DNA from: an uncultured Chloroflexia bacterium
Lineage (GTDB): Bacteria; Chloroflexota; Limnocylindria; Limnocylindrales; CSP1-4
NCBI GenBank assembly: GCA_963833225.1
Contig: CAWHXD010000007.1
Coordinates: 480,001-544,000 of the forward strand
DNA: 64,000 bases
Direction: 5' to 3'
The first letter of the stretch is position 1, and each line of letters begins with the position of its first letter. The notes beneath the pieces are model-generated. The model saw only the letters and a list, made by a program, of their open reading frames with translations. It was not told where the DNA came from and ran no database searches. A program made the translations under genes and the position numbers. This document shows, piece after piece, positions 60,686 through 64,000 of the stretch.

Positions 60686-61516
60686 ATGACCACCCGCCAG
60701 ATCGACGCCACCCTGGCCCGTCGCGAGCTCGTCCTCGTGGCGACGGTCCTCGTCGCCTTCTCGCGCCTTGTCGAGCGGCCGGATGCATTCCTGTTGGCTG
60801 GGCTGCTGCCGGTCGTGATGCTGGTCGCGGGATCCGCCGTCATGCGCTCCGACGAGCTCCGCGTCCGGCCCTTCGAGGCGCTGCTGATCCCGGCCGCGCT
60901 CTCCGGTGGCGCGGCGGCCGCCCTGCAGCTCGTCCCCGCGGGGCTCGGACTGTTGCCCGCGCTGGCGGCCTTCGCCTTCGTCCTCGACCGGATCCTCCGG
61001 TTCGAGATGCGTCTCCTCGACCAGGCCACTGGCGCCACGGACGCGGATCGCGCCCGCCTGCTGGTCGCTGTCGTCGTCACCGCGTTCGTCGCCTTCACCG
61101 GGATCGCGGGCCTGGTCCCGGGCGGCCTCTCCGAGCCGGGCATGTCCGGCGCCGATTCCGGTCTCACCGAGGGCTGGCTCGTGGTGCTCGCGGTCGACGA
61201 CGCGCTCATGGCCCTGCTGCTGGGCTACCGCGTCGCCGCGGCCCGCTACGGGAGCGCGCGCGACGCCGTCCGCTCCGCGCTGACGTACGCGATCGTGATC
61301 GCGGTCGCTGCGGGCGCCATCCGCGCGATGGATCTGCCCCAGCTCGTCGGTCCCGCCGTGCTGACGCTGGTGTTCTACCTCTGGGACGCGCTTCACGCGT
61401 CCGCTCCCGCGCGCCGGCGTGAGCCACGGTTCCTGTGGGAGACGATCCTCCTGGCGGTGCTCGCGGTCGTCGTGGCGGCCTGGAACCTGCGGCTGCGCGG
61501 CCTGATCCCCGTTTGA
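60686..61516 (+). CDS. Polytopic membrane protein of unknown function
   Basis: About 8-9 hydrophobic segments; TACCAT eight nt before ATG. Confidence 0.75.
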   Translation: MTTRQIDATLARRELVLVATVLVAFSRLVERPDAFLLAGLLPVVMLVAGSAVMRSDELRVRPFEALLIPAALSGGAAAALQLVPAGLGLLPALAAFAFVLDRILRFEMRLLDQATGATDADRARLLVAVVVTAFVAFTGIAGLVPGGLSEPGMSGADSGLTEGWLVVLAVDDALMALLLGYRVAAARYGSARDAVRSALTYAIVIAVAAGAIRAMDLPQLVGPAVLTLVFYLWDALHASAPARRREPRFLWETILLAVLAVVVAAWNLRLRGLIPV

Positions 61517-61632
61517 CGGCCGGGCCGGTCAATGCTAGAAACACGTGCCCGCGAGTTGCGCCGGTTCTGCGTGCCATGCCTTCGACACGCGACCATGCGA
61601 CGCTCCCGATGGACCGAAAGGACGACCTCCAC

Positions 61633-62490
61633 GTGACCTTCCCTGAGATCGATGCCGCCGCCCAGACGCCCGCAGGCCTGACGCGCCTGAAGCGGCAGCT
61701 GGCCGAGCAGGCGATCGCGCACGCGACCGCCGCGCGGTGGAGCGATGCGGCCGAGACCAACGAGCGCCTCCTGGAGCTCGGCGCCGATTCCGAGGCCGAG
61801 AACCGGCTCGCCAAGGCCCTTTGGGAGCTGGGCGAGCTCGGCACGGCCCGCGAGCACTACCAGAAGGCCCTCGCGCTCGACCCGACCAACCGCATCGCCG
61901 AGCGCAACATCGACCGGCTCAAGGTGCTCCTGGTGGAGGCGGGCGAGAAGACCGTCCCTGCCAAGCCCGGCTCGAAGGCGCCGGTGAGCATCTTCGTCGA
62001 GGAGACCGGCAAGACGGGCTTCGCCTACCTCACCAACCTCCCCCGGTCGGCCGAGCTTGCCCAGGTCAACCCGGGCGACACCGTCGAGCTGACGCCCGAG
62101 GGCAACCGCCTGATCGCGATCAGCAACGGCATTCGCATCGGCGTCGTCGAGCCGCGTGTCGCGGCCCGGCTGCTCAAGCTCATCGCCGACGGCAACATGT
62201 ATCTCGCCGGGGTGACATCGCTGGGCGACCGGGACGTCCGCCTGATCATCCGCGAGATCTTCCAGGACCCGCGCAACTATGGGAAGGTCAGCTTCCCGAC
62301 CGCCGCCAAGTCCACGGACCTGCGCCCGTACACCAAGGGCACGCTGGTCCGGGAGGAAGAGGAGCTCGAGGACGACCTCGAGGACGACGTCGAGGACGAG
62401 GAGATCGAGAACCTCGACCGCGTCCTGCCGCCCGAGGAGACCACGGACGAGGCGTTCGTCGAGGAGACGGACGAGCTCGAGGAGCCGTAA
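61633..62490 (+). CDS. TPR protein with HIRAN-like domain and acidic tail
   Basis: TPR (NRLAKALWELGELGTAREHYQKALALDPTN); FVEETGKT; D/E-rich C-terminus; SD aaagga before GTG. Confidence 0.8.
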   Translation: MTFPEIDAAAQTPAGLTRLKRQLAEQAIAHATAARWSDAAETNERLLELGADSEAENRLAKALWELGELGTAREHYQKALALDPTNRIAERNIDRLKVLLVEAGEKTVPAKPGSKAPVSIFVEETGKTGFAYLTNLPRSAELAQVNPGDTVELTPEGNRLIAISNGIRIGVVEPRVAARLLKLIADGNMYLAGVTSLGDRDVRLIIREIFQDPRNYGKVSFPTAAKSTDLRPYTKGTLVREEEELEDDLEDDVEDEEIENLDRVLPPEETTDEAFVEETDELEEP

Positions 62491-62618
62491 GCCGGGTCGG
62501 TGTAGACAGACGGCCCCCGCCGCCCTCGGGCAAGGCCGGCTGCGGGTGATCCAGCCCGATCACTCGATCTGGGTCCCCTCCGCTCGTTCCTTCGCCGTCT
62601 CTGCCACAATCTCTGGCC

Positions 62619-64000
62619 ATGGCTGGTCGCGCTCTGCTTCTCCGCGCCGATCCGGGCTTTAGCCTGCCGGCCTACGAGCGCTTCGCACCGCCGCCCCCAC
62701 CGGCGCTGGTCGCGGCGCGGCTAGAGGCCGCCTCGTCGCCCGGCGACATCATCCTGGATCTGTTCGGACGCGGCGGCTGGGTCGCGCGGGCAGCCATCGA
62801 CAGCCAGCGCAAGGCCGTCAGCCTGGAGAGCACCGCGCTCGACCGGCTCCTCGCCGAGATCGTGCTCCGACCTCCTGACCTGCGTCACCTGGACGCGGCG
62901 ATCCAGTCGCTTGCGGCCTCGGCCCGCGGGGAGTCCAGCCTCAAGGCCTCGATCATGGACCGCTATGCGAGCCGGTGTGCCACCTGCGGCCGGCCGGTGA
63001 TCCTCGATGAGCTGACCTGGGTCGCCGAGTCAACCGACGAGGATGGCCACGCGGCCGGGCCGCGCCCGATCCGCAAGCACTACCGATGCCCCGTGTGCCG
63101 GGACCAGCTGGGCGGCGGCGAGCAGCGCCAGGCACCCGTGGACGCGATCGACATCGAGCGCGCTCTCGATCGCGAGGGCGCCGGGATCCGGCACCAGCTC
63201 CGCGACCGCTTCCCAACCCTCGAGGGGGGCGAGGCTCTCGCCGACGAGCTGCTCGACCTGCACACGACCCGACAGCTCGTCGCCCTCGCGGCGATCCTCG
63301 AGCGGGCCGAGAATGACCTCCGCGCCGCCTCCATCGCGGCGGCGATGCGACTCGCCCTCCTGCATGCCGTGGCCCCCGCGAGCCGCCTGGCCACCTCGGC
63401 GGGTCGGGTGGCTCCGCTCCGGATCCAGGGTGGTCACGTCAAGCTGCCCGCCAACGCGCAATGGCGCGAGCGAAACCCGTGGCTCGCCTTCGAGGATGGG
63501 GTCCGCGCGGTCCGCGGCTTCCTCCAGCGGCTGGAGAGCGGTGCCTGGGGCCCGGTCCCGGCCCGATTTGGCGATGACCTGCGGAGCCTCGCCGAGGGCG
63601 CCGCCACGGCGGTCGTGAAGCAGGGGACGCCGGCGGCGCTCGATGCGCTGGGCATCGAGGCCCGCCACCAGGCAGGGCTGGGCGTTCGTCCGCGGGTCCG
63701 ACTGGCGGTGGGGACGCCGCCCCTCCGGCCGGTTGCCGAGCGCCTGGCCTGGACCTACCACGGGACCGCCTGGGCCCTCGGCCGCGAGGCCGCGGCCACG
63801 CTGCCCCTGGAGCCGCTGTTCGGACCGTCGGTGCGCCCTACCTGGGGCTGGCAGGCCGCCGCGATCACGCGCGCGTTGCGGGCCGCCGAGCCCGTCCTCG
63901 CCGGGGATGCCCGGGTGGTGTTCCTGCTCGAAGGCGATGGGCCCGAGTCGCTCGTCGCCTGCACGCTGGGCGGGGTGACCGCCGGCTACCGGATGGCGGG
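62619..64000 (+). CDS. Large DNA amino-methyltransferase-fold protein with zinc ribbon and degenerate motifs; runs off window
   Basis: Hand translation: PGDIILDLFGRGG (motif I-like), CATC...CPVC, VRLAVGTPPL (DPPY position); CACAAT eight nt before ATG. Confidence 0.7.
   Translation, partial: MAGRALLLRADPGFSLPAYERFAPPPPPALVAARLEAASSPGDIILDLFGRGGWVARAAIDSQRKAVSLESTALDRLLAEIVLRPPDLRHLDAAIQSLAASARGESSLKASIMDRYASRCATCGRPVILDELTWVAESTDEDGHAAGPRPIRKHYRCPVCRDQLGGGEQRQAPVDAIDIERALDREGAGIRHQLRDRFPTLEGGEALADELLDLHTTRQLVALAAILERAENDLRAASIAAAMRLALLHAVAPASRLATSAGRVAPLRIQGGHVKLPANAQWRERNPWLAFEDGVRAVRGFLQRLESGAWGPVPARFGDDLRSLAEGAATAVVKQGTPAALDALGIEARHQAGLGVRPRVRLAVGTPPLRPVAERLAWTYHGTAWALGREAAATLPLEPLFGPSVRPTWGWQAAAITRALRAAEPVLAGDARVVFLLEGDGPESLVACTLGGVTAGYRMA

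Overview
A very GC-rich bacterial chromosomal segment. Gene content and conserved hypothetical proteins suggest Chloroflexota, possibly Limnocylindria-like (inference). It holds about 60 genes, mostly housekeeping: a SAM/methionine-cycle cluster (apt, mtnA-like, GNAT, ahcY, metK), manC/manB, a cobalamin riboswitch controlling btuFCD, surE, trpS, hom-thrC-thrB, lysC, a birA-ECF-acc-fab fatty-acid operon, two diguanylate cyclases and PolX-PHP. I found no rRNA, tRNA, CRISPR or transposase. About 11 insertion-type frameshifts, several in essential genes, look like sequencing errors. The top candidate for a new system is the acc/fab operon. Besides a normal BCCP (EAMK), it encodes a second BCCP-like protein whose biotin-accepting Lys is replaced by Gly and whose thumb loop is missing, like the plant BADC regulators of ACCase. 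The same operon embeds an ECF sigma/anti-sigma pair and a metallophosphoesterase. Other notable items: two dispersed proteins sharing an eCIS-type LQxxAGNxA leader (one a metalloprotease with a possible immunity gene), a catalytically degenerate MtnA coupled to GNAT and ahcY, a DExxH metzincin variant, a degenerate DNA-methylase-fold protein, and widespread leaderless promoters.
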